A program made the translations under genes and the position numbers. Shown here piece by piece: positions 1 to 13,123 of a stretch of 64,000 bases of DNA. Position 1 is the stretch's first letter. Each line of letters begins with the position of its first letter. The notes beneath the pieces are model-generated. The model did no database searches. It saw only the letters and a program-made list of their open reading frames with translations, and had not been told where the DNA came from. The stretch is taken from contig NC_043000.1 of the NCBI RefSeq assembly GCF_006345805.1, forward strand, positions 128,216,001 to 128,280,000. Reading direction: 5' to 3'. Source of the stretch: Octopus sinensis (lineage: Eukaryota).

Positions 1-640
1 CAAAATAAGCAACAGGATATCCAGAGGTAATGCAGTACGATCGTTTCAAGCGACTCCATTTAATTGAACAGTGAAACCATTACATCAATTTAAATGCAGA
101 GCAATCCTCAGCTGCATAAATACTTAGAATTAAATTAAATTAAAACAGATGGACACATTAGTATAATTTTACCTAAGACCTCCAAGAAGGCAAGGAGATA
201 GACAAAGATCATATTGTTTTCACTTCAGCTTATATATATGCACATGTATCTATGTATGTAATTTAATCTGGTCAGCCGAAACCAAACTGGTTGAAAGTAT
301 GAATTTCAAAATTTTCAAAAGCACTGCTACATTTGTTTTTATCAGTTCGTAATTTAGATTTAAAAACGTACGACAATAATTAATATGCAAGATAGTGGAC
401 GAAACATACAATTCTGATTGGTCAGCACTTGACGTGCTAAGCAGAGAGTGAGAGAGGGAGAGGGGAGAGAGAAAGAGAGAGAGAAGTTTTTTTTTTTTAT
501 GTGTGAATTTTGTGGGTTACCTGCAAAAGTTTGTGCATCACTGTTCTATACAACTCAATTACACCATTAAAAAGAAACTAACCAAGGCCGAGATTTACGC
601 GAGAAACCATTATTGGTATTTCAATACACACCTTTCCAAA

Positions 641-1020
641 GGTGGCGAGCTGGCAGAAAGGTTAGCGCGCCGGGCGAAATGCGTAGCCGTATTTCGTCTG
701 TCGTTACGTTGTGAGTTCAAATTCCGCCGAGGTCGACTTTGCCTTTCATCCTTTCGGGGTCGATAAATTAAGTACCAGCTATGCACTGGGGTCGATGTAA
801 TCGACTTAATACCTATGTCTGTCCTTGTTTGTCCCCTCTATGTTTAGCCCCTTGTGGGTAATAAAGAAATAGGTATTTCGTCTGTCTTTACGTTCTGAGT
901 TCAAATTCCGCCGAGGTCGACTTTGCCTTTCATCCTTTCGGGGTCGATAAATTAAGTACCAGTTGCGTACTGGGGTCGATCTAATCGATTTCAGGCCTTG
1001 TGCCTAGAGTAGAAAAGAAT
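641..1020 (+). mobile_element. tRNA-derived SINE (family 1) with one internal 184-bp duplicated unit
   Basis: A-box-like TGGCAGAAAGG and B-box-like GAGTTCAAATTCC; gtatttcgtctg recurs at 689 and 873; many family copies in the window. Confidence 0.8.
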
Positions 1021-1754
1021 ACATATCTTTCCAAGCATTCGCTTATACAGCGTAACAAACCATGGTATTTTGGATATGATTATATATTATGTTTTCTAGA
1101 TAAACGATCACTAGACTTGTATAGAATACTTTAGCGGTATTAATTTCGGTTTTTATATCTGTAACTAAGTTATTATATTTCAATCAATTATTTCCTTTCT
1201 GGTCATTTTTGCCACCATATTTCTACATATATTTCAGTTAACTCTAAATCCAGACATTCAAGATTTTAAGATGATTATTTCCCGTTCAAGTCATGGTTAA
1301 AACTTTGCAATGAAAATATAAGTTTTGAGTTTAGCTCCCCGCAAATTGTGTGTATATCCTATCGGATCTTTGGACAAGAGTTCTGTTTTTCTTTAATTGA
1401 ATCAAGGGGAGAATAAACCAGATTGGTTCTCATTGCTGTCTCCAGACCTACCGATCGAACTGACTGAGCTCAACATCGCGAGCTCAATTTTAAACCGCTA
1501 CATGTCATCTGCTGCTTACTATAAAGTCTATACCAATCAGGGGTTTTCACTTAAAACGTAGTAAACTTAATAATCTTCCCGCAGATACAACAAAATGGTG
1601 AGAGATCGCTATTGCATGATGGGAAAATTGCGTATCTTTGAACCGTGAATTGCAAATTGGCAAGCGATAGTTTATTTCTTCAACATTTAGTTGCAATGTG
1701 ACACAGGGAAAAACTACTACTGCTGCTGCTGCTGCTACTACTACTACTACTACC

Positions 1755-1806
<52 letters not shown>

Positions 1807-1935
1807 GCACAAATCACCACTATTACTATTAATACCGCCACCACCGCATCATTAATACCACCAAAAGCACCGCCGCCGCCGCAACCACCACCACCACCAG
1901 CACCAGCACCACCACTACTACTACTACTACTACTA

Positions 1936-1969
<34 letters not shown>

Positions 1970-2489
1970 GTTGACTAATCTCATTGGACACCTCAGAAAT
2001 GGATTAATCTGCTCGTGTCGTGATTTGGGGTTAAATAAATAAAAAGAAAATAATTGGTGTAAGCAAAATCTAATGGAATTTACCGAGAACATTTCTGCAG
2101 TAACCTCTCACTGATTATCGTATTCAGAGAAAGATTATTGAATCGTGCCGAACTGTGAAATATTTCTATAGGGCATGATCCATACAGCGGCAAAGAGCTT
2201 TTTATTAACTAGCAACCATATTTAATAACTGTATTGACCAGATGAATACGTCTCACTTATAGAGACAGGCGGCTTTATTACGGAAATGATCTTCAGGTGT
2301 TTCTAAGGGTTTTTTTTTTATATTTCTTTAGTGACCCCACAAAAAAATTATGATATTATATTTGTCAACTTCCCATTCAGTCAAATGCATTGGAGAACAA
2401 AAATAAAGCTTTTTACTTTCTTTGCGTCACAACAATGATAACACCTGGTTCTTATATATTATTATTATTATTATTGTTATTGTTAAGGG

Positions 2490-2760
2490 TGCATGCTGGC
2501 AGATTCGTTAGCGCGCTGGGTTACGTTCTGAGTTCAAATTTTGCTGAGGCCGACTTTACCTTTCATCCTGTCGGATCGATAAAATAAGTACCAGTTGTGC
2601 ACTGGAGTCGATGTAATCGACTATCCCCCTCCCCCAAATTTCAGGCCTTGTGCCTATAGTAGAAAGTATTATTATTAAGTCGGCGAGCTCGTAGAATCGT
2701 TAGCACGCCAGGCAAAATGCTTTGCAGCATTTCGTCTGTCTTTACGTTCCGAGTTCAAAT
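2490..2760 (+). mobile_element. SINE family 1, simple copies (others at ~8965-9130 -, 20350-20530 -, 23485-23660 -, 24555-24680 +, 41895-42045 +, 43205-43300 -, 53655-53810 +)
   Basis: Shared core gtcgactttgcctttcatcctttcggggtcgataaa..aagtaccagtt...ctggggtcgatgtaatcgact; coordinates of the listed copies are approximate. Confidence 0.75.
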
Positions 2761-3882
2761 ATGAATATATTTTTGTCATGTTAATGTGCTAAATAAAGAC
2801 AAAAATGAACGCAGCACCTCAAGAAAATCAAGCCTTATTGAGAAAAGATGTAATTCCAAACTGAGATTCAGTGTAGAAAAGTAGTTTGAACAACCATAAA
2901 AACAATTGTTACAAAATTCTTAAACGTGAAACATTGCTTTAAAGTTCTGTTTTAGTTCTTCATTATAGACGAGGAAGAAGGTCTACAAAAGCGGGTGAGT
3001 GGAGCCAAGTTAAACTAATTCAAGACTTAATTTGGGTGTCCATCTTCTCTTCAAGTCGTAGTTCATTTTTCTTCACCTTCATGTCTACCCGAAGAACGCA
3101 ATGGAAAGCCAGTCTTCTTGATAGAAATACTATGACAGATTCACAGTAAGATGTATACATGAACTATATTCTTTAGGTGCTGCTGAGATTAGAATATCAA
3201 GATAGTTTCATAGAATTGTGTGGCTGAAATACAGCAAAGATTGATCTAGTTGTCTATCCTCTTGATATCAATAAAATATTGACAAGACTGATACGATAAA
3301 GTTTAAGCGTAGAAATAGATTTATCCGCCTCAACAAAGCGTGTTCACACGATTATGTAAGAAGCGTTGTGGGAATACGCTGAGTGGCAACGGCTTGCAGT
3401 GTTTCATAGATTTGTTACAAATCTTTGGAGAAGATCCTGCTCACTGTAACAGTTGAATATTTACACTCGATCATATTATAATTTACACAACTGAAGAATC
3501 GTGATGTAGGTATTTTATCAGACACACTTTAGAACAGAAATAATTCTGGAATTGAAGTAGTTTAAGAAGCATCAGATGCTATAAAATTACCAGATAATTT
3601 AAGACCAACGAAGTTTGCACGTACAGTAGAGCGCTACACTAACTGTCTCAGGGTATTTGGGTACAGGTCACTGAGTTCCGAGTTCAGCTTAAGTGAACTT
3701 GTGTTCTTCAGCCATCCGAAATAGCATTAAAAGTTTGGCACATTGATTATATTTTCACTACAAATATAGTCATTTCGGTTCAAGAAGCAATTTATACCCA
3801 CTCATTTGGTATAATATTTTGAACTTCATTTTCTTTGTTCAGACAAACAGCTCTAGTACCAATATTTAAATCAAATATACAC

Positions 3883-4262
3883 GCTGTGTGGTAAGTAGCT
3901 TGCTAACCAACCACATGGTTCCGGGTTCAGTCCCATTGCGTGGCATCTTGGGCAAGTGTCTTCTGCTATAGCCCCGGGCCGACCAATGCCTTGTGAGTGG
4001 ATTTGGTAGACGGAAACTGAAAGAAGCCTGTCGTATATATATATATGTGTGTGTGTGTTTGTGTGTCTGTGTTTGTTCCCCTAGCATTGCTTGACAACCA
4101 ATGCTGGTGTGTTTACGTCCCCGTCACTTAGCGGTTCGGCAAAAAGAGACCGATAGAATAAGTACTGGGCTTACAAAAGAATAAGTCCCGGGGTCGAGTT
4201 GCTCGATTCAAGGCGGTGCTCCAGCATGGCCGCAGTCAAATGACTGAAACAAGTAAAAGAGT
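3883..4262 (+). mobile_element. tRNA-derived SINE family 2 with an internal (TA)/(TG) microsatellite
   Basis: Head gctgtgtggtaagtagcttgct...ggttccgggttcagtccc; near-identical copy at 31814-32190; fragments at ~32415-32500 and ~50640-50770 on the - strand. Confidence 0.85.
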
Positions 4263-4267
4263 AAATA

Positions 4268-5140
4268 TGTGGTTTGATCAATAAGTATCCGGACTATTGC
4301 CATACTAACGAAGCTAAAGCACGCAGAGTTAAGCCGCTTGGCACCGATTGACCTTAAACTGCTGCGAAGGCGCACTAAGTTTTAACGTTCTAGCTCACTT
4401 CCGCTGTTTACAGCAATGCTTGGAAGTTAGATGAGTAGCGTATGTTCGTCGCATCGACCATGACAGAGAAAGTTGAGCAGAAAATCTGCATAAAATTTTG
4501 CCAAAAGCTTGGCGATACCTGCTCAGAGACCTACGCAAAATCTTCAAAAAGTCTTCATTCTTCTCTACGCAATCAAAGAAATCATGTGCAACTGAAACCC
4601 GAGTGTCTCTTTGAAAGCAGTTTTCACAGAAACTTTCCAACACGCTTCTCATACCCAAATCTCAAGTGATAATGGACTGAACTGAACCGTAACTAATCTG
4701 CACATCCTCCGATAACTCACGGATAGGGATTCGACGATTTCCTCTCACAGCTGCACGCACATCTGCGGTGTTTTTCTCAGTTTTGTTGGTTGTGGGTCTC
4801 ATCACTATCGTCATTTTTTCGGCCATCTTGGAAATGTCTGAACCACTCGCACACTTGTGTGCGGCTCATATACTCCTCTCCATACAATTTCTGCAACATT
4901 GCATTGGCCTCTGAGCAGGTATCGTCATGACAACTTTCTATGTCATGGTCAATGCGACGATCACACGCTACACATCTTCCTTCAAAGCACTGCTGTTAAC
5001 AGCGGAAGTGAGCTAGAACGTTCAAACTTGGTGTGCATGCACAACAAAGTTCAAAGTCAATCTTTGCCAAGTGGCTTAACTGTGCGTGCTTTAGCTCCGT
5101 TACTATGGCAACAGTCCGGATATTTATTGATCAGACCTCG
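4268..5140. mobile_element. Non-autonomous mariner derivative made of two inverted 5' halves
   Basis: TA on both sides; TIR (c/t)g(a/t)ggt(c/t)tgatcaataa(g/a)tatccggact; left arm encodes MTEKVEQKICIKFCQKLGDTCSETY on +; right arm encodes the same N-terminus through ...CVEKNEDFLK on -; no DDD catalytic region. Confidence 0.8.
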
Positions 5141-5755
5141 TATGACAAGCAGATTGCATTTGATGTTGATCCTATATGAGTGCGGTAGCAACATTGCTTG
5201 AAAAAGATTGATGCTAGTGGTCTTCAAAAGGAAATTACAGCCATTGGTTTTACATAAAATATCCTACGGTCAGAATCAGTGGCCTGTTTAATTTACACTT
5301 TGTATCGCATACAACGCTGATTGGATAAATAATATGTTCGTTAATGCGCTTGCATTCTTGATGTTTTTCCCAAACCACGTCAGCTAATGACGAAATCTTC
5401 AGAAGCGAACACTCTTAAAGTACTTGCCTATCGAAGAATTGCATTTTCTTCCTGTGTGTTCTATCACTGCAACAGCATAGCAGAAGACTTCCGATCCATA
5501 TTATTAGAAAAAGGTTGAGTAGATTGCTTTTGTTTCACGTTTCTCATTCTAGACACTATTAAAGGACAAGGGAGTATTGGTAAGAGATCTCTTGTGGATC
5601 TTTTTGAAGACACCGTACTGTTGGTCATAGAGAAGGGAAAGTGATTCAGAATAGTGAAAAAAACCCGTTAGTTTATGATGTTTTCCATTTTTGTAGAGAT
5701 GCTGAAAGTTATGGGGTAGTAATTTGTAGGGTCAAAGATTTCTGTATAGGACACG

Positions 5756-5793
<38 letters not shown>

Positions 5794-8017
5794 ATATCAA
5801 GGGGTAAGTACACTTGGATAGAAAGGGAGTGGAGAGAAGGAGGGAGAGAAAGGGGGAAAGAAGGAAAGTGGAAGAAAGAGAGGAAATAGAGTGGGGGGAG
5901 AGAGAGAGAAGGGCTTAAATATTTGGTAAGGCGGTAGGTCATGTCAGCATTAGAAATTTTTTTGTTGGAATTCTTCAGGTACAGTTGTTTTATAGTAGTT
6001 AAGTGATCGATAAATTTTTCAAACAACCTGGTGGTTGAGTGCAAAGAAGGTAAAGATTGTAGGCTTAAGAAGGAGATTCCATGAATTTATTTGTTGTGCG
6101 AGTGCAGTCTGAGACAGAGATAACAACTAATGTAGAGATGATGTCTGCCTGAGAGCAGATTACAGAACCGTCTGGTTTGAGGACTGATTGATATGTTACT
6201 TCATTACTTCAGGTAAGGTGACAATACCTAGGTCACTCATGACTAAGATGAGAATGATGGAAAGAGTGAGCAGAAAGAGCAGCAAATTAGTAAATGAGAA
6301 AATGAGAAAGAAGGTGCACAAACGCAAACTGAGTGTGTGTGTGTGTGTGTTTAATAAATATACAAAGATTTATCCACCCCTACTAGCTTTGCTCTGTTTA
6401 ATGTCAAATTAATTCGAATTGTGTACATTAGGAAGTATCTACTTACCTTTAACAGAAACTCTTCAGCGAATAAAAGGTTAATTTAGTTGAAAAATATGCC
6501 GAACATAAAGGAAATGCAGTCCCTGAACATGACTAAGTCGATATGCTGATAAAGATATCAAAGATATTTTGCTGATTCGATTTGCGCTGCGTAGTTATTA
6601 TTTGACCCTGTGTTAGCCATGACTGAGTAAATCATCGAACAATGACTTCCGGCTGAGACCATCATGTCTTATTTCTAACCACAGAGTACTCTAGCTTACA
6701 TTATTTAATGTGTATTTCCATTAAAAAAAAAACAAAAAAAAACACAATAAAGTGTGATTTGTCCAACACATCACTAGAGGTTGGTTCATGTTTGCTTCTA
6801 AAGTTTAATCTCTACGATTCATTGGAATACACTAATGTTTTGCTAATCATTGAGTCATATTTATTGAAAATTTAGTTAACTTCTTTAATTTTGATGTTTA
6901 ATTCTTCTCTATTTTTCATGTGTAGGAATTCGATCCCAGTAATCTATGTAATCAGGCTACTTTCTCAAACCAATGGAAGTAAGGCAGGAGAGGTTTGTCA
7001 AAGAATATAAACTCACGATTTTTTCTGTCGAAAGATGGCAACTTATTCACGCAGAAGTTTTAAACACATAAATTTCTTAAGTCGTAGATATAATACAAAG
7101 CTCGGGAGAGTACTCGTCTCTTTGTGGTCGTTTTCATAATGGCTAGAAGTAATAAATCATTCAACATAAGAGATGTTACTAAAGAAATAGAGGAATTGGA
7201 CTAAGAAATTTGTCGAAATATTATTATCTGTTTGTGATTGATAATCTGTCAGATTGGGAAGAAAAACCCCTCTGCAACACTGCATATGAAACAGACAAAT
7301 GATGTTTTTTAATAATAACGTTTTTCAGATGTTATAAATTAAATAAATTGAATCAATCTGGGTATCTAAACAAATTTCTGTCACACCAAGGTTTCTCGGT
7401 AAGGCTTTGGTGACATAATTAAAAAGAACACTGTTCTTCTTTTCTAATTAAACCCTAAAGAAAGTGGATTTTAAAATGTTAAACTGATAATTAGACAGCC
7501 TAATGAGTGACATCATGATTAGCTTGTTATCGTAATTAGCAAAGAGCGTAAGATAGAAAGGATGATGATGAAAGAGCTGGGCTATTGGTTATGATAGCTT
7601 TCTTCTTCGATTATAATAACACCTGCTGTTTCAAGTCCTTTCAAGATAAAAATCAATAAACCAGTAAGCACACCTACTCCCCTCGGTCAAGCGGTTTTTA
7701 TATACTCTTAAAGAGAGCTTTGCAAATATTTGTTCATATATGTTATTTTATATCTCGAGTGAGTATTTGTGGGGTGGTTTTGTTGTTTTAAAGTGTTTCT
7801 TCCAGCTTTTCACCAATCAAAATTTCTTTAATATATTTCTGCAGAACTTTAAATAATTTTCATAGTATACTTTCGAATGCATTGATTCTCCGGGAGTCAA
7901 ACGTTCACTGTGATCGTAGATTAAACCTTCTCCGCAGATACTGAAAAAAGAAAAAAAAAAGAAAAAGCGAAAGAAAACAAAAAAATCAGCTTAGTTGTAA
8001 ACTGAAAATTTTACAAG

Positions 8018-8342
8018 ATGACGCCATTTTCTTCCCTGGCAGTTATATTATTACTATCAATATTTCAAGATGCCGAAACAAAGAACCAATCAAAACAAAA
8101 GATATTCTACTCAATGCCATCTTACCGATTCTATTCTCCACCTGGTTCAAGCGATGATTTAGGAACATATCCTTGCGATTCTGCTCAACACGGAACAATG
8201 ATTTGTCTTTCTGTGCAAAGTTGTTGCTGTTTCGTTTTTAAAAAGGATTGGAACCATTCATGTAAGTTATACAGTTTCCTTCCGGAATATGGATCGTCTT
8301 TGGAATATGACTCCAATTACCAGTTGTATTACTCTTTAGAAG
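8018..8342 (+). CDS. Coding exon 1 of a 291-aa predicted secreted protein: signal peptide + PAN/Apple-like Cys module
   Basis: ATG at 8018; MTPFSSLAVILLLSIFQDAE is a plausible signal peptide; PCDSAQHGTMICLSVQSCCCFVFKKDWNHSCKLYS fits the PAN/Apple C-x5-C-x2-F-x-F...C-x-L pattern; strong donor GAAG|gtaagt at 8342/8343, phase 1. A strong acceptor (ccttctccgcag, ends 7937) suggests an upstream 5'UTR exon. Confidence 0.85.
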
Positions 8343-10390
8343 GTAAGTATTACTCAAATACAGTTCTTTGTAATTTGTTGATAAGGATAACTGTACTTAT
8401 TGCACTTCTTGGTTATTTACTAATTAGCAATAATATTTTATAGTCATTTGTAAATGACATAAATAATGACAGTTGGACAATATTGTAGGATACTGCGATG
8501 TTCTTTCTCCTAAAATTGCTTTTTGTTGCTTTTTCTTACGACAGTCAAACCAACAGCCCGAGAAGACACTTCACTTTATTGGCAGATAGGGAAGTGGATA
8601 AATTGAAGAGGGATAAAGGGGTTCTCAAAACGGCCCCTTTAAGAAATAAGACAGTTTAAGAAACATTTAAAGAAGAAAATTTAAAACAACTTTGAAATAT
8701 ATTTTCTAAGAGTTATTAGAAAAATGTGTATTAAAAGATGTTATCAAATTGAATAAACCAGCTGATTAAAATTAGGCGACTAAATCTAGCTATAGTGAAC
8801 TATTAGACCAGTCTTTGAATTCAGACCAGTGGGTAGTGTAGGTGAGGTTATAGGGGCGGTTGCCTTGGGCTCAAAATTCTTCGGGGCGCAAAACTTCATA
8901 ATAAAGATGTAGTAATAATATTTTTCACTATAGGCCTGAAATTTTTCGGGAGGGGTTCTTGTCGTTTAGATCGGCCTCCAGTGCTCAACTGGTATTTATT
9001 TTATCGATCTGAAAACGATGAAAGGAAAAGTCGACCTCGGTGGAATTTGAACTCAGAAAGTAAAGACGGACAAAATACCGCTTAGCGTTTTTGTCCGGTG
9101 TACGAACGATTCTTCCAGCTCGCTGCCTTTGGATAAAGTCGTAATAATGAAAAATGACGTGCCCACCCTGCAATACTTGTCTTGCTCTGAATGCTGGCAA
9201 CCCAGGCTACGTCATCGTCTCAGATTTCTCACGACAGTGTCTAATAAAGAAACATTAAATCCGGTATTTCATTATTCCAGGTAACACATATAGTCTGATT
9301 ATACAAAATAAAATTCGATTTTTGTATATATAAGATAAAATTAAATTTATTTAAGATACAAACTCACACAATGCTTTGGCAGTGTTAAATCTACTTAATG
9401 GATTTAATATCACCTCATTGTTTAGTGAAAGTAAAATTTTAACCATTGTATATTTGATACAAAATGAAATTTACTGTACTTTTCAAAAACTGTTGTCTGC
9501 ATATTTAAGTGAACCAGTGAATCATAGATTGTCACTTCACACTCTGCATGTATGCAACAACAACAACAACAACAACAGCAGCAGCAGCAGAAGCAACAAC
9601 AACAACAGCAGCAGCAACAACAACAACAACAATTACAGCAGCAGCAACAACAATAATAAGGATCCTTTCTATTATGGAACACATTTCTGGAATACCTTTT
9701 TACGGTCTTCAGAAGTCATCAGGACACATGTCCAGAAAGGCCCCCATCTAGATACAGGTTTCGATACAGTGCCTTAAAAATGACAAGCCAACTGTCAATG
9801 TCTTCTCTGACGTCTTTTATGGTGATCTTCGGATTACTTCAGTCCATATTTTCTGGGAATTAGCTTATGAGCAGACTTGTTTACCTTGTCTTCTCGCTCC
9901 GTCCTCAGTTTTAAACAGGAGACATGTATTTCCACATGACCTGTCCTACTCGATAGAGGAGATCGCACCCCACATATCGGCTAGATCTACTTCCAATAGT
10001 CCTTTTAGGGAGGTACAAGGAAAGCAGCTACAACTTTCTAAATGGGCAAATAATTTAGTTCTTTCTAATGACTTCGGGCAAACATTGACTTGCTTTGATT
10101 TCATTATGCTGTTACAATAGTTCAACTTTCAGCGAGATTATCTTTTGCAAACATTTGTCTATTGCTTGTAGTGTTAGCGAAGGACGAACATTTTAGATAT
10201 ATTTTTGTTTGGGAAAATGTATGTGTATTTAAATATTTTGTTTTCAGACGTGTCGTCGGAATTGTTCACATCAATTTTATTGTCTACAGAAGTGTCATTG
10301 GTTTTTTTTTCTTTTATTTTGTGCGAGTCTTTCTGTAAAACATCCTCGCTAGTCTTTTTTCTCTGAAATATTCTAAGTTTTCTGTATTAT

Positions 10391-10433
<43 letters not shown>

Positions 10434-10461
10434 CACGACGACGACGACGATGATGATGAAG

Positions 10462-10504
<43 letters not shown>

Positions 10505-10513
10505 CAACAACAA

Positions 10514-10740
10514 CATGTCTCAGAGAAATCCAAAAGATTGTACTGACAAATACTGCCCACATCCTGAGAAAAACGCTATCCATTGAAATGTCTGTGTTGT
10601 ATTACATGAAGATATTTCGCTACTTCCCCTCCCCAAGCTTTCAGTCATACTGTAACATCTCTTATCCTTCACTCGCCCCAGGACGCTGGGTGTGTCTCGG
10701 CTAGTGACTATAACAGACATGCAGATTAAAAGTAAAAAGT
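10514..10740 (+). mobile_element. 3' end of R4-like family A
   Basis: CLREIQKIVLTNTAHILRKTLSI followed by a 3'UTR and a (TAA) tail; reverse-complement homologue at 29755-30270. Confidence 0.7.
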
Positions 10741-10755
10741 AATAATAATAATAGC

Positions 10756-10811
<56 letters not shown>

Positions 10812-10812
<1 letters not shown>

Positions 10813-11245
10813 CGATCAAAATAAGTATTCCTTGTGATCATAATATCTGGCAAAAGGGTTTGACTAAGCTCAGAAAATATAGAGATTCGCTAATCGACAT
10901 CGAAAAAAATTTCACATCTCAAGGTGATGAGAATACCAGTGATTGTAGCAGCACTAGGAATGATCAAAAAAGGAACGGAATAGATATTTGAGAATGATCC
11001 CTGGCTTACCATCTTTGCAAGAAGTGCAAAAGATTGTCTTAACTGACACATTACACGTATTGAGAAGAGCATTGAGGCTTATCATCCACGAATTTTTTTT
11101 TTCACTTAACTTTATTTGATTTTGTAAATGAACAATCTGACGTGTTTATTTTAATGGCCTATCAATGTATACAGTGAGTTTCTTTGCCCTAGGTGTCGGA
11201 AAGACACTCGGCAAGAAATGGAAACAGAACTGAAAGAAGAAGAAA
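10812..11245 (+). mobile_element. 3' end of R4-like family B (degenerate)
   Basis: KLRKYRD...IPVIVAALGMIKKGTE.YLRMIPGLPSL plus a 3'UTR ending cggcaagaaatggaaacagaa; reverse-complement homologue at 28230-28610. Confidence 0.65.
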
Positions 11246-11310
11246 ATATGATGATGATGATAATAATAATAATAATAATAATAACAACAACAATAATAAT
11301 AATAATAATA

Positions 11311-11867
11311 AATGCTCTGATGCAGTACCAGGCAGTGGCTCTCATGGTTTCTGATCTTAACTGATTGGAAGTGTTATCATGTACATTGTTTCGTCTTGGT
11401 ATAAAAGATGGGCTACAGCAAATATTCTGCTCAATACCACAGATTTGCTTGTCGGTTGTTTGACCTTAACCAGTTGAGCATGTCCCTTAGTGGCTGACGA
11501 TATGTGCATCTCTGATCACGAGCAGAAGTAGTGGGGGAGCATCATAGCCATGTGTTGAGAGGAATTCTTTGGGGATTGAATAATTCACCTCTGGGAACAT
11601 GGGTGTTTCCTTCAACATCCTTAAACAACCCTTATTCAAGGAGCATTTGAGCAGGATGGGCTACTCGAACAGAAGAAAATTCTAACTGGGCCCCACCTGC
11701 AAGGTCATGTGCTGTTTATCTTGATATGAGATCACCATGTCGCGCACATATGGTTGTGATGTATGTGCCTTGTGTACCCTTATCAGACGGGTAGTCATGA
11801 TAGGTATACTGGGTTTCGTATATTTTACCCCAGTGTCATTTTGATGGCTTGCACTGCTCTCGCACTC
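11311..11867 (+). mobile_element. Non-coding ~560-bp interspersed element C bounded by (TAA)n on both sides
   Basis: Second copy, reverse-complemented, at 28611-29082 with the same 5' start (aatgc[tc]ctgatgcagta) after an AAT repeat; no recognisable protein; ends gcactc(aat)n. Confidence 0.7.
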
Positions 11868-11880
11868 AATAATAATAATA

Positions 11881-13041
<1,161 letters not shown>

Positions 13042-13057
13042 AATAATAATAATAATA

Positions 13058-13106
<49 letters not shown>

Positions 13107-13123
13107 CCCCGACCCCAAACACC

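Noticed and set aside
503-766. ORF sharing the C-terminus LRCEFKFRRGRLCLSSFRGR with ORF 59826..60122
   Set aside because: Both run into the same SINE family; the similarity is at the DNA-repeat level.
8018-8443. Single-exon 141-aa gene as given by the ORF track
   Set aside because: A consensus donor at 8343 and four downstream in-frame exons explain it better; kept only as a possible minor isoform.
9661-10020. Additional R4-like unit upstream of the intron-1 stack
   Set aside because: Too degenerate to assign; only a faint resemblance to an RLE-type C-terminus on the - strand, so not counted.
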